A stretch of DNA of 64,000 nucleotides from Torpedo marmorata (GCA_977017645.1 OZ360224.1:86676001-86740000); one strand, 5' to 3'. Positions 23,371 through 36,004 are shown, counted from the stretch's first letter. Notes: generated by a model not told the origin, from the sequence alone. Translations and numbers: made by a program.

Positions 23371-24186
23371 TTATTCCTCCGAGTCATTAGTTGACTCGCT
23401 ACTAGGGGTTTCCACTGTCTCTTTATCTTTAACTTTTTTCACTTTGAATGACTGTTTGCTCATATTTGACTTCTGTTTGTTACTTTTCTGGTACAGCAAT
23501 TTTCTGCTTGGACATCTAGTCTTGATATGTCCTTCTTTATCACAATAATGGCATTTGGCCTTTCTAAAGTAACAATTGTCAGGGCTGTGGTTGCTTTTTC
23601 CGCAGCGGAAGCACTGTGGTTTACCAGGTTTGTTAACATATCCTACTGTTGAGGCTTCTCCCTGTATGATATCAATATTTTTCCCAGCCATTTCGAAACT
23701 TAATGCTGTAGCATAAGCAGTGGCAATATTTAAATCTGGTTTACTCAGCAATCGTTGTTGGGTGGTACGGTCAGCTAGACCCATCACTAACTTGTCTCTT
23801 AATGCATCATTTAAGAATTCACCAAAGTCACAACGTTCTGATAACCGACGTAGTTCAGCCAAATATTCGCTTATTGGCTCGCCTATTATTTGTTTTCTAG
23901 AGTAAAACTTATAACGCTCTGCAATAATTACAGGTCTTGGACATAGGTGTTCTCCTATTACTGTGCATAGTTCATCATAAGTTTTAGTACTTGGTCTATC
24001 AGGTACCAACAGAGACTTCATAAGTTTAAAAATTTTACTTCCCACTTCACTTAAGAATAAAGCTGTTTTTCTGCTTGTTACTGGTGTATCAACTACATTG
24101 TGGGCAACACAGTACATATTGAATCTTTCAATGTAGTCATACCAGTCTTCTGAGTCTTTGAACTCTCCGAAACGGCTGTCCGCCAT
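23371..24186 (-). CDS. Gypsy gag with two CCHC zinc knuckles
   Basis: CFRCGKSNHSPDNC and CHYCDKEGHIKTRC; LRDKLVMGL motif. Confidence 0.92.
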   Translation of the reverse strand: MADSRFGEFKDSEDWYDYIERFNMYCVAHNVVDTPVTSRKTALFLSEVGSKIFKLMKSLLVPDRPSTKTYDELCTVIGEHLCPRPVIIAERYKFYSRKQIIGEPISEYLAELRRLSERCDFGEFLNDALRDKLVMGLADRTTQQRLLSKPDLNIATAYATALSFEMAGKNIDIIQGEASTVGYVNKPGKPQCFRCGKSNHSPDNCYFRKAKCHYCDKEGHIKTRCPSRKLLYQKSNKQKSNMSKQSFKVKKVKDKETVETPSSESTNDSEE

Positions 24187-25782
24187 TTTGAGTTGTTTTC
24201 CCTTTTTTTTCTTCCTTCTTCTTTCTTCTTTGTAAGTGAGCCTATGGAGCTCACTGTTTCTTTCTTCTTTTTTCTTTTCTTCCCCTCCCTTTCCTTGTTA
24301 GGGAGGTCCGTTTTTATCCTCGTCGCCAATCTGTTGTGTATTTCGGGTGTAAGCTTACAATAGCACACCGAGACGACAGTCTTCATTCATCATTTATTAC
24401 TAAACTAAAATGGCATTCAACGTTACCCCTTATATAGTACGTATGACGTCATTACGTCATACGTTATACATTACATATACAACACTTTCCAACTCCACTG
24501 GCTTATCCAAAGACAATACCTGAACAAGCCAATCTTGAAAAAATTGAGTTATATCCTGTTTTTCAAAATTTTCAGTCCCACAATTTTAATATTATTTCTC
24601 CGGATTTGATTTTCCAGTTGATCCAATTTCTGTAAAAGTTGATTTATTTGTTGTTCCCAACCTGTAAATTAATCTTCTATTTTGTCAACTCTTTCCTTAT
24701 GGTCCACGAATTCTTCATAATTATTTTTGACATCCTTATCAATATCTTGAACTTTAGCTTTCACTGTATTTAAATTATTTCTCAAACCTGTTACACCTTG
24801 TTTCACCTCTTTAATTTCTTCTGCCATTGACTTAAATCCAAACTCTATACAAGATTCCATACTTGCAATAGCCTTGAGTATTTGTTGTAAAGTTTGGCTT
24901 ATTGAGGAATCCTCTTCAGCTGAGTCCGCAAGGTTACCTTCCAGTTCCCTCATCTGTTGTTGTAACTTTTGTTTTGATTCTTTTGCCTTGTCTTCAGAGT
25001 CTGACGATGTTTCATGCTCCACAGCGTATAGTAACGTCTATGGAGCGTCTCCTCTGCTGTCAGATTCCTCTGACAGTTCACGTTGTCTATCGCGCATGCG
25101 CGGCTGTTCCAGGATCATTCTTGTAGTTTTTCACCGAGCGCCGGCGCCATCTTCCCCAGCTCCCTGGGAGAGTAGCGCCAGCGCTGCAGTTACACTCCAG
25201 TCTTAAAGAAGGGAGCGAGGCAAAAGATTAGCTGGTTAGCCAAACTTCAGTGGTTGGGAAGATTCTAAAGTCTATTGTTAAGGATGATGTTTCAGCATAC
25301 TTGAAAGCACAACATAAAATAGGCTAATGTCAGCATGGTTTCCTTCAGGGGATATATTGCCTGACAAATCTGTTGAAATTCTTTGAGGAAGTAACAAGCA
25401 AAGGAGAGTCAGTGAATGCTGTTTGCTTGGATTTTCAGCAACTCCACTAGACATGCCACACTACTGCCCCCTTTCTTCCAAGCATAAATCAATGGATTTC
25501 TGGATATTAAAACATATGGGAATGGTGTTGGAAAATGCTGCAGTAAAATACCATCTTGATGAGAAAGGGACAGATGGCCGACGACTCCACATTCTTATGG
25601 TCGCTGGTGTCACCTTTTTATAGTTCCTCCCTGAAGAGAATCAGGCAGTTATATGGAGGGCAGTCATTTAAATCGAAACTCGTATAAATCACATACGAAC
25701 CAAGACATTGTCTTACAGAATGGTTACACTACAGAAGGATACCACTACACCCATCTAATCTGTTCCATCCCAGCTCCAACAG

Positions 25783-26231
25783 TGTTGCCCGGACTTCAGC
25801 AACTGAGTTACAGGGAAAGGTTAAAAAGGTGAGGACTTTATTCCCTGGAGCGTAGAAGAATGAGGGGAGATTTGATGGAGGTATTTAAAATTATGAGGGG
25901 GATAGACAGAGTAAATGTAGATAGGCTTTTTCCACTGAGGGTAGGTGAGATACAAACCAGAGGACATGGGTTAAGAGTGAAAGGGGAAAAGTTTAGGGGG
26001 AACTTCTTCACACAGAGAGTGGTGGGAGTGTGGAATGAGCTGCCAGCTGAGGTGATGAATGCGGGCTCAATTTTAACATTTAAGAAGAATTTGGACAGTT
26101 ACGTGGATTGGAGAGGTATGGAGGGCTATGGACTAGGTGCAGGTCAGTGGGACTAGGCAAAAGAAAATGGTTTGGCACAGACTAGAAGGGCCGAAGGGGC
26201 CTGTTTCTGTTCTGTAGTGTTCTATGGTTCT
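25783..26231 (+). mobile_element. CR1 LINE 3' end
   Basis: ORF 25860..26156 is a CR1 RT tail; ends in tctatggttct. Confidence 0.85.
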
Positions 26232-27712
26232 GAGAGTAAAACACGAAAGTCTACAGACACCATGATTGAAGTAAAAACACAATGCTGGAGAAACTCAGCT
26301 GGTCAAACAGTGTACTTCATATAGTGTACTTAACATCGACTTATCTGGTTTTTTTAGTTTCCATCTGGGCAGTCTCCAACCGGGTGGCATTAACATTGAT
26401 CTCTGGTTTCTGCTAGCCTACTCCCCGTTCTCCCTCTCTTCCCCATCCCTCTGTCTTCAGCTGTCCACCCCCTTCCCTCTCCATTCACAGAGCCTTCCCC
26501 CCTCCCCTTGTTTGCTGGTGTGCCCTCCCTCCCATATCTACTTATTACTTCCTGCCTGTGGGACGTGCTCCTCCCCATGCCCCTCCCCACCCCCTCCTCA
26601 TCGCCACCGTTTTGTTCGGAGGTCTGCCTATATTTTGCTCATCCCAGGGTTGTGTGCTCAGCCCGCTCCTGTTTACGCTACTGACCCACAACTGCATTGC
26701 CAGATCCAGCTCCAACAGTGTCATCAAGTTTTCAGATGACACAACAGTAGTTGGCCTCATCAGCAACAACGATGAGTTGCACTACAAAGAAGAGGTGGAA
26801 AATCTCGTGAAATGGTGCGAGAATAACAACCTGAGTCTCACCGTGAACAAGACAAAGGAGATGATCGTGGACTTCAGGAGGACCAGGAACGACCACCCTC
26901 CACTACACATCAACAACTCTGTAGCAGAGAGAGTGGAGAGCACAAAGTTCCTTGAAGTTCACTTAACTAGTGACCTATTGTGGACACTCAACATCTCCTC
27001 ACTTGTCAGGAAGAGGCAATAGCGACTGCACTTCCTGAGAAGACTGAAGCGGGCAAGGCTACTGGCCACCATTACGTCAACCTTCTATAGGAGCTCTATC
27101 GAGAGAGTCCTGGCCGGCTGCATCACAGTGTGGTACGGTTGCTGCAGAGAAATGGATCGGAGGTCAATCCACAGGACCATAAGAGTGGCAGAGAGTATCA
27201 CTGGAATCTCCCTCCCTCCCCCATCGATGTGATCTACTGGGATCATTGTCTGAAGAGGGCGTGCAAAATCATTGAGGACCCCTTCCACCCTGCACACAGT
27301 CGGGGAAGAGATACAGGAGTATCAGAGCCAGCACCACCAGGCTGAGGAACAGCTTCTTCCCACGGGCAGTGAAAATGCTGAACGACCAAAGGAACTGTGC
27401 TCACTAACCATCTGAGACTCTCGTTTGCACAAAACAATTTTTATTTTTTTATTTTTATAGATATAATGCTTGTCCTGCATATGTATTATTTGTCTGTATG
27501 TGTGTTATGTCTGGTTGTGTGTCTGCATGTTTTTGCACTGAGGACTGGAGAACGCTGTTTCGTCAGGTTGTACTTGTACAATCAGATGACAATAAACTTG
27601 ACTTGATCTCTTGATGAAGGGCTCAAGCCGGAAACGTTGGTTATGTATCTTTATCTTTGCTCTATGAAGTACACTGTTTGACCTTCTGAGTTTCTCAAGC
27701 ATTCTGTTTTTC
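26232..27712 (+). mobile_element. Short Penelope derivative with inverted 5' pLTR, interrupted by Rex1/Babar at the ribozyme
   Basis: Inverted tail at 26232-26330, EN end and pLTR at 26355-26644, HHR and tail resuming at 27608. Confidence 0.78.
26645..27607 (+). mobile_element. Rex1/Babar LINE fragment (second subfamily)
   Basis: [28 protein letters not shown]; ACTTGACTTGA tail. Confidence 0.85.
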
Positions 27713-27745
27713 AATTTAAGATCAATCTGACTAGGTTATTCTCTG

Positions 27746-27838
27746 CAATACACAAAAGTGTTGGAGAAACTCAGCAGGTTACGCAGCATCTATAGGAAGC
27801 ATAGGGTAACTAACGTTTTGGGCCTGAGCCCTTTGTCA
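27746..27838 (-). mobile_element. ~95-bp Penelope-derived mini-element (HHR plus 3' tail)
   Basis: 13-bp direct repeat AGGTTATTCTCTG at 27733-45 and 27839-51. Confidence 0.75.
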
Positions 27839-27912
27839 AGGTTATTCTCTGACTTTTCTCTGTTGTCCTTCAAATTCTTTCCTCATTGAACATTCAGCTC
27901 CATTTTGAAACT

Positions 27913-28683
27913 GGAGCGGAGATACAGCGCTCCCGCGGGGTCCAGCCGCCCAGTCGACTGCCGTCGGTTACGCAAGGGCTTTGAATGGCCCGTTAAAGAA
28001 GCCGACGGTGGTTTTATTTAAGATCCCGCGACCACGGGGTCTGCGCCCAAGATGGCAGTGCCTTTTAACCGGCAGCAGACACGAGGGGCTGCAGATTCCG
28101 GGGAAGTGGAGGACTGGAGCAGGGCACCAGAGGACGGGAAGATCACCCCCCGTCTGAGAAGGAGAAGTGGAGGAGACAACCCACGGGATGGTGACCACGG
28201 CGGCGGACCGGTGAGGGGCTCTGAGGCTGAAGGACCAGTGCATGCGGCGGGCTGCTGGCGACTCGAGGCGAGGAACCCGCGGAGGCTGTGGGCTGCTGGA
28301 GGCTGCTGTCGGGGGACTCACGCCGGGCTGCGGACTGCTGGAGCCTGGCTCGAACTGGCTGGAGGAGTACCAGGTATCGGAACCGGGATGCGAGGGGGTG
28401 CCGAGGGTGACCTGACCGGTTCGGATCTGGAGCTCGGGTTGCCGATCGTTTGGACTGGACTCTGTGTGGTTGCGGAAGCGCTGGAGGCGAATCTATGGAC
28501 ACTCGATGACTCTGGGGGGATTCTCTTTTGCTTCTCTTTCTCTGACTGTAAGGAATGTTAGAGGCGCTTAGGCAATTTCTGCCGGTGGCGAATCTGTCTG
28601 CCTTGCAGCAGGCAAAAATAAATTTCATGGAATATGACACTGTCTTATTACTATGACAATAAATTGAATCTTGAATCTTGAAT
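27913..28683 (+). mobile_element. CpG-rich non-autonomous retroposon copy
   Basis: Highly similar to 48407-49255; (TCTTGAA)n tail. Confidence 0.85.
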
Positions 28684-29141
28684 TTACTCCCATTGCTACT
28701 CCTCCATGAAAACAATTTAGGAATTGTTGTAGCTATAAACAAAGCCATTTGACCCATCAAATAAGTGCCAGCTTGGGGCAGAATAGGCTTGTTGGTCACA
28801 TTCTCCCGTTCTTTCTCCATCGCCGTGCCATTTATTCTATCGTATGCCTATCCAATTCTCTTTTGAATTCCTTGATAATGTTTCCACTTTGTGTTTCAGG
28901 AAGTGAGTTTCAGATCCAAGCATGTAAAATCATATCCCCCTTGAATCTTTTACCAAAATATGCCTCAAGCCAGAAGTTGTTGGAAATAGCTTCCTTCTGG
29001 CTGTGTTTATTGATCTTTGCTAAGCTAGTTTTTGTTCTTTTTTGTGACGGGAGGAGTAACTTTAATCCATTTGTTGTTGTTGACAAGACAGTGCAGTTAA
29101 TTGTAATAATTTACTGTTTTCTGTGCATTTCTCAACTGAAG

Positions 29142-29274
29142 CAAGCCCAAGACCAAACGGGCAAAGAGATTTCTTGAGAAGAGAGATCCCAAAATCGTTG
29201 AAAATACCAAGAATGCCATGCTTATAAAAGGAGGAAATACCAGTGAAATTGTGACTCGCGCTTTGAAAGATATT
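29142..29274 (+). CDS. RPF2: RPF2 exon 2 (KPKTKRAKRFLEKRDPKIVENTKNAMLIKGGNTSEIVTRALKDI)
   Basis: AG acceptor at 29140-41, GTGAGT donor at 29275, 133 nt. Hallmark RPF2 sequence KPKTKRAKRFLEKR. Confidence 0.96.
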
Positions 29275-29362
29275 GTGAGTATAGAATACCTTTACATATT
29301 TGTAAAATATTATATTATTTTCCATGACTGTATTTACCCATGTGACAATGTTGCAATTGATT

Positions 29363-30155
29363 TTCAAGATCAAAGATTCCTTTATTGTCATGTAATAATA
29401 CAGTAAATGTAATATTACATGAAATTTCCTTCAGCCTGCCATAAGGCAGACAAAGAGTCGCCATTAGTATTGTCAGCGCCCCTTACAGTAAGAGAGAAAG
29501 AGCAGCAAAAGAGAGTCCCTTCAGGGACACTGAGTGTCTGTGGATTTGCCTCCAGCACTCTCACAGCCCCTGCAACCGCACAGACCCCTGTTCAGTCCAT
29601 CGGCAACCCGGTTCCATAGCACGAACAGGACCCAGTTCCATAGCTCCAACATGACCAGGAAGCCTTCAGCGTCCGAGGCCTTTGGGGAGCCCTTCTTGCC
29701 CTCAGCACCCACACAAATCCTGGTTCCGTGAGTCCCTCGACCGAAAGTCAAGTCGCTGACTGCCTGCAGCCTATATGGATTCTCAGCCACTGAGCCCCTA
29801 GTTGGTCTGCTGCCATGATCACCGTCCTGTAGGGTCCTTCAGCTGTTGAGCCCCTCGCTGGTCCGCTGCCACGGTCATCTCCTATTCTTCTCCTTCTCAA
29901 CAGCGGGAGGGTGTTTTCCCCGTTTCTGCTGCTCGCCCGGAGTCTGCAACCCCTCGTGGCCGCTGCCGAGCATAGGCGCCACCATCTTGGTCACAGACCT
30001 GAGGTTGCAGGATTTTAATTAAAAACACCGTCAACTCCTTTACCATGCTTTTTAAAGCCTGTATGCAGTTTTCATAGCAGGACCGGGCAGTAGCACCTTG
30101 TGGAGCAGCGCTGTGTCTCTCCTGGGTCCACACCAGCGGCAGTGCTGCCATTTTT
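29363..30155 (-). mobile_element. CpG-rich non-autonomous retroposon copy (diverged)
   Basis: Same architecture as 6741-7522. Confidence 0.72.
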
Positions 30156-30359
30156 TTCTTTTTTAAAGCATTGATTCCAATTTTACATTATAAAGTTTAT
30201 TTTTTAGCACTTTGCAATGCAGCAATCATTGCCCATCTCTAAATGCCCGAGGTATGAGGAGGTGAGCCATTGCTTTGAATGCCTGCAATCCTTCTGGTGC
30301 AGGAACTACCCCGGTCCTGAGAGGTAGGGAGTTCTAGGATTGAGATCTAGCAATGATGA

Positions 30360-30880
30360 GTGAATGATAATGAATTTATTGTCATATACATTGTACATAA
30401 TCGTTGACATTTTTACTTCCTGTAGCCGAACAGGTTATTTAAAGAAAAACTATAATAGTAAACTAAATGAATAAATTAAGAGACAATAAATACACAAGAT
30501 GTATAATAAATATTTACAGTAATCCTAGTGCAAAAAAAGTGATTTGTAGTAGTGCAGACAGTCCTTTTGGAACAGTCTACGATGAGTGGACCAAGGGGCG
30601 ATTCAAGAGTCTGAAACTGTTCTTGAACCTAGAGGTGCTGTGTTTTCGGACTTCTGTATGTTCTGCCCGAAGGTAGCAGTGAGAAGAGGTTGTGACCAGG
30701 GTAATGGGGATCCTTTATGATGTTGGTTGCCTTCTTGAGGCAGCCCCGCCCATAAATGTCTGCAATGGATGGGAGGTCAGAGCCCATGATGGAAGCTACC
30801 TTCTGCATTCCTGGACACTTGAATTGCCAAACCAGGCTCTGATGCAACCAGCCAGTACCTGTAGAAGTTTGATAGAATGA
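30360..30880 (-). mobile_element. Rex1/Babar 3' fragment
   Basis: IIKDPHYPGHNLFSLLPSGR motif in ORF 30629..30883. Confidence 0.7.
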
Positions 30881-31635
30881 CAATATATTTCTCAGACTTA
30901 GTAGTCAGGGACTTGGAGGGAAGTCTGCAAGTGGTGGAGTTTCCATGCACTTACTACCCTTCATGTTGGTAGAGCCTAGGCCAGTAACTCGTCCATTTTG
31001 TAGATAGCACACATTGTAGACACAGTGCACCAGTAACTGACGGGGTACTGAACAAGCGAACTGTTTTATTGTGGGTGGTGTTGAGTTTCTTGTGTTGCTC
31101 TGCACTCAGCCAGCCAAGTGGAGAGTATTCAGTTGCACTCCTCACCTTGCCTTGTAGATGGAGGAAAGACTTAGAATTTCAGGAGGTGAATCACTCACCA
31201 CAGGGTATCTCGCCTCTGACCTGCTCTTGTGGTCATGATATTTTCATGGCTGGTCAGTCGAGTTTCTAGTCAGTGATGACCCCTAGGATATTGATGATGG
31301 TAGGTGTGGTGTTGGTAATGCCATTGAATATCAAGAGTAGGTGGTAAGACATTGCAAGAGAAATTGAAAATGAATTGAACACTACATTTGAAACTTGGAA
31401 CTATTCGGCATCATTTAAAAAAAATTTCAAAGTGTGCAATTAAAAGTTCTTCATCCTTTACCTTTCCCAACCCAGGTTAACAATCTGTTTAAACTTTGAT
31501 GCTGGATCTAAAGCAATAGTTATTATCTATCATTAAGGCTAATAAGGATTAAGGTTGAAGCTTTAAAATGAACAAAGGCAAGGTTTGCATGGTGCATTAT
31601 GAACCATCTTGCTCATGTTCCTGTTCTTTTTTCAG

Positions 31636-31673
31636 TATTCTTTAAAGAAGCCAAATGCTGTTCTCTATAAGAA
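31636..31673 (+). CDS. RPF2: RPF2 exon 3 (YSLKKPNAVLYKK)
   Basis: ttttttcag acceptor, GTAAGT donor, 38 nt, in phase. Confidence 0.93.
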
Positions 31674-33283
31674 GTAAGTATCTAATTTTATTTATAAGCT
31701 GGGTCATCTCAAGAGTACTTCTGCTACAGTACATGTTGGCTATGTAATAGAAACATAGAATGTGGCTTTCTAGTTTCATGTTCTTTCTTAGTGAGATTCA
31801 AACTCTGAGGTCTGCTTCACATATTGATGTTCTTCCAGTGCCCATTGATGCCGTCAGATTGAAATCTGATGTTTTCAGATCGAAAGCACCATTCATATAC
31901 AGTGGCATCGATATTAAATGTTGAGCAGTTCTGAATGAGCTAAGAGAAGAAATGGGAGGTCAAAATTGGCTGGGGATGTAAGGGGAAACCCAATCATGGG
32001 TTGAATAGATGGCTTTAGAGAGAAGGGAATAATGAGGCAGAGCAGTTTCTCAGGACGTTGCGGATTATAGGGCTAAGGCGACTGAAGACTATTATGAATT
32101 GGTGGGGTGAAAAGGAGGGGGAAATAACAACTGGAGGAAACAAAGGATTAAGATAGTTGCAGGGATTTAGAAATGAACATTAAATGTACTGACGCCTTAG
32201 GGCAGGATTGATGAATTCAGTGGACATTTCCAGTGATTGACAAGTGGGATCCAGTCTTAAATGTTCAGGATCAGCATATATTTTTCATCCTTAATTACTC
32301 ATAAGAAGGTGGTCCACCAGTGTTGATTAATGGCCAAGCTTTAGGGAAATTGTTAGGAAGTTAAGAGTTCATAATGATCAGGATTATCAAATGATTGATG
32401 AGGAATTTAGAGATTGGGGAAGGAACAGGCATGCTTAAATGCAGGACTGGCAGTGAGTTTTTAAGATAGATCCAGGTTTCAAAGGGGTTCTGAAGTTTTG
32501 CAAGATCTGGTTCAACGTTGTGAATTTGATAAAGCTCCAGTAAAACACCTTGAGACATTTAGCTACATTAAAATGTCAGATAAATACAAGTTGTTTGTTG
32601 TCCAAGAATAGTCCTTTCCTAGTTGAGGTTTTGCTTGGTAGCATTGATGATTTGAGATTTTTAGAAAACTTTCTTTACTCCGGTGAAGGAGAATTTGTGA
32701 TCAGAGTTGAGCCCAAGCGGATGAAATAGAATGGTTTGATCTATTTTGATTTTAATTGAATTGGGTTTAGAGAACCAAATTAGTTCATTCACATTTTTTT
32801 TTAAAATTTAGATGCTAGAGTTGCACTTGACATTTATATCAGACATTTATTTATAATTGTGACTTAAGGAATAGTGGAAGATCTGCTTTTCCATTTCATT
32901 CCTTGGCTCCTTTTTTGGGGTTAAACTGGACTTGGGATACTAATACAGAATCCCACTGTATTGTTGCACTAACCCAAACTTTTATCCTTCATAGATAATA
33001 TATTAAAAGTCTCATAGGTTCATTCACAAAAACTGTCCTGGTTGCCATTTTTTTCTCGACCATTATCAACAAGAAGCAGATTAATGGATGATTTGTTTCA
33101 TGACTGTTTTAATGAGGTGCTGCATTGACACAGATGAGAATGTACTTGAAACGTGATATTGATATGCAACATTGCTGTGTAAATGCAGGTTTAGCAACAC
33201 GATAATTTAGCTGTCTTGCTTCAGCTGCGAACAGAAATATGTGAAAAATGTTTTATTAAACATTTAAATTTTTTTTTAACCAG

Positions 33284-33323
33284 AAAAAATATTACTCGTC
33301 CCTTCGAAGATCAAACATCATTG
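33284..33323 (+). CDS. RPF2: RPF2 exon 4 (KNITRPFEDQTSL)
   Basis: cag acceptor, GTGAGT donor, 40 nt, conserved NITRPFED motif. Confidence 0.95.
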
Positions 33324-33955
33324 GTGAGTAGACATTATTTAAATCTTTGATACTGTAGACTCGTATGTGGTTGTGTTGTAATTTTCTGGAGTTGAAAGTT
33401 CATCTTGGTTGAAGAACATTTTGAATTGCCATTTTGCATGTTGTTCCTGCTAAGATTATTATGGTCATGAGAGTGAAGGAATTAGAGCTGGATGCATTTG
33501 TAGCTGTGTGAACGGACTGTTATGAGGCAAATGTCATGTCGAGGTGTGAGAATAGTTATCCCAGATATCGCCCAGCAAATATAGGCTTGCTTTGTTTACA
33601 CCAGTGACTGACTCTCTCATCACGTAGTTCTGTATTGCAACTAAAGATGCATTTAATGACAGATCCATCAAAGGATCAGTTCGTTCACTTGATAGCACAT
33701 TACTTTTACAACTTTTGAAGAAAGGATAGTTGAAGGATGCTGATTGCCACCTGGCTACATGTTTGTTTCAAACTCCCAAAATGATGGAGGTTTGGTAAAT
33801 AAAGCAAGGATTTCTACTGCCAGGAGATGCTTACATTTTTTTTTAAACAAAGGTTATTTTCCTAAAATAGATTGCTGAGAAATATCATGAGGATTATTGA
33901 TTTATCGTAAAGTAAAATTTGTAAAGCTCATTTTCTCTTCTCTTTGTATTAATAG

Positions 33956-34037
33956 GAATTTTTTTCAAAGAAGTCCAATTGTTCTTTGTTTATGTTTGGT
34001 TCTCACAATAAGAAACGACCACACAATTTGATAATAG
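33956..34037 (+). CDS. RPF2: RPF2 exon 5 ([28 protein letters not shown])
   Basis: tag acceptor, GTAAG donor, 82 nt, Brix motif SHNKKRP. Confidence 0.96.
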
Positions 34038-35034
34038 GTAAGAATACAGAAATGTTTTTACAAACCTTGAAAACCACATTTGTGGGGAAGATGTTAAGAG
34101 TCTGTCAATCGTAAGAAATAACTACTCATTTATAAAAATCTGTGGCCTCATTCCAGGAATTATTCTGCTCCAACTCCAAGATTACTATATACTTTCTCAA
34201 ATAAGGTGATCAAAACTACAAGGTGGTCTTACTTGATCAATACTTTATTAATCTTGTACTCTATCTGCCTTGTAATAAAGGCAAACATTTTTTTCTAATC
34301 CTTGGTGTAGCTGCATGATAACTGTTCCTTGTAAATCCAAATCGTGTCATTGAGGCAGACAACAGAGAAAAGGCCCTTAGGCCCAACTAGTCCATGCTGA
34401 CTAATTTGGCATTCTAGGCTAATCCCATTGGCCTGCATTTGGTCTATATCCTTCTATCTGTAAATCTGTCCGGATGTCTTGAATTTTGTTATTGTGCTTG
34501 CTTATACACTTTTCCCTGGCAGCTCATTCCAGATATGGACCATCCTCTGAGTAATTGTCTCTCAGGTGACTCCTAAATCTTTCCCCTTTATTTTTAAACT
34601 TATGCCCTCTAGTTCTAGAATCATCTACCCTGGCAAAAACACTGCAAGCCTTTACTTTATTCATGCCCCTCATGAATAAGGAATAAAGATCCAGCCTATC
34701 CAACCTCTTCCTATATAACTCAACCCCTCCAGTCCCAGCAACATCCTGGTGAATCTCTTCTGCACCCCTTCCAATTTATTGATGTCTTTCCTACAGCTGG
34801 GCAACCAGACAGTACACAGTACTCCAAGTGTGGTCTCACAAATGTCTTGTGCAGCTGAATCATGAGTTCCCAACTTCTGTACTCTATACCCTGCCCAATG
34901 AAGGCCAACATGCCTAATGCCTCCTTCACCAAGTTATCCACTTGAGTTGCCACTTTCAAGGAGCAATGCACCTGTACCCAAAGGTCTCTTTGTTCTACAA
35001 CACACTGCAGGGCCTGACTTGACTTGCCATAGTG

Positions 35035-35884
35035 CAGGGTTGGCCAAACCTGCTTAACATAAGAGCTACATACGATAAATTTAAGATGTTTGAGAGCCGC
35101 AAGACATGAAAAAGTATTACATACACGTTTTTACTCTTACATGCACATTTTGTTATAAAAATTTTATATACATATTGAGAAATACATGTACATAATAATA
35201 TTTATTCATGTATGTAGTTTTTAATTTGCTAATTTGTATTACTTTCAATAATCAAAAAGTACACGTACCGCGGTCGGGGTGTCGGAAGCTCAGATGGGAG
35301 GGTGGCCAGGGCGTCGGGAGCTCGGATGGGAGGGCGGCTGCAGAGACTAGGTGAGAGTGCGCGTTCGGTGCGTCGGGAGCTCGGATGGGTGGGTGGCCTG
35401 AGCCTAAGTGAGAGTCCGCAGTCGGGGAGTCGGGAGCTCGGATGGGAGGGCGGCTGCGGAGACTAGGTGAGAGTCCGCGTTCAGTGCGTCGGAGCTCGGA
35501 TGGGTGGGCGGCCTGAGCCTAAGTGAGAGTCTGCAGTCGGGGAGGCCGGAGCTTAGGCGGGCGGCTGGGACCGGGTGGTAAGTCTGCGATTGAGGCGTTG
35601 GGAGCTCCGGTGGGCTGGCGGCCGGGGCCTGGGCGAGAATCCGCGGTTGGGGCGTCTGGTGCTCGGATGGGAGGGCGGCTGGGGTCAAAAATAGGGGGGG
35701 TCGACATTTACATGGTATCGATTATTATACGGTATACATACCAAATACTTTCAATCGCAAGCCACGCCCACTAGAACTACCATTGTGAGCACGATTCCTG
35801 TCTCAGTCAGCATATTTCCGCGAGCCGCACATTATATGTCAAAGAGCCGCATGTGGCTCGCGAGCTGCAGTTTAGCCACCCCTG
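35035..35884. mobile_element. Non-autonomous hAT (Charlie-like) DNA transposon with internal CpG-rich tandem array
   Basis: TIR CAGGG(T/G)TGGC(C/T)AAAC, exact 8-bp TSD CCATAGTG, subterminal GAGCCGCA repeats. Confidence 0.88.
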
Positions 35885-36004
35885 CCATAGTGCAACACCT
35901 CACACTTGTCAGAGTTAACTTCATTTGCCATTCTTTGGCTCACCTACCTAACTGATCCAGATCATGTTGTAAACTTGGATATCCTTCCTCACTGTCCACC
36001 ACGC

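Larger units (their letters stand above)
19786..24484 (-). mobile_element. Near-intact Gypsy (Mag-like) LTR retrotransposon
   Basis: 153-bp LTRs at 19786-19938 and 24332-24484 (TGTTG...CAACA, one mismatch). 5-bp TSD CTTTC. PBS TGGCGACGAGGAT complementary to tRNA-Ser(GCU). PPT GGGGGGGAAGAG. Confidence 0.96.
14951..25192 (-). mobile_element. Full-length but inactivated L1-clade LINE (ORF1 split by Gypsy)
   Basis: 12-bp TSD CACTCCAGTCTT (14939-50 and 25193-204). ORF1 pieces at 24669..25022 and 19270..19749. ORF2 pieces carry APE (LQETH, GGDFN, SDH) and RT (YRPISLLN, DAEKAFD, RQGCPLSP) motifs plus a C-terminal Cys motif. Confidence 0.92.

Noticed and set aside
31700-34000. Possible intronic snoRNAs in this ribosome-biogenesis gene
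   Set aside because: No convincing C/D pair with terminal stem or H/ACA hairpins by eye; a snoscan or Infernal run is needed.
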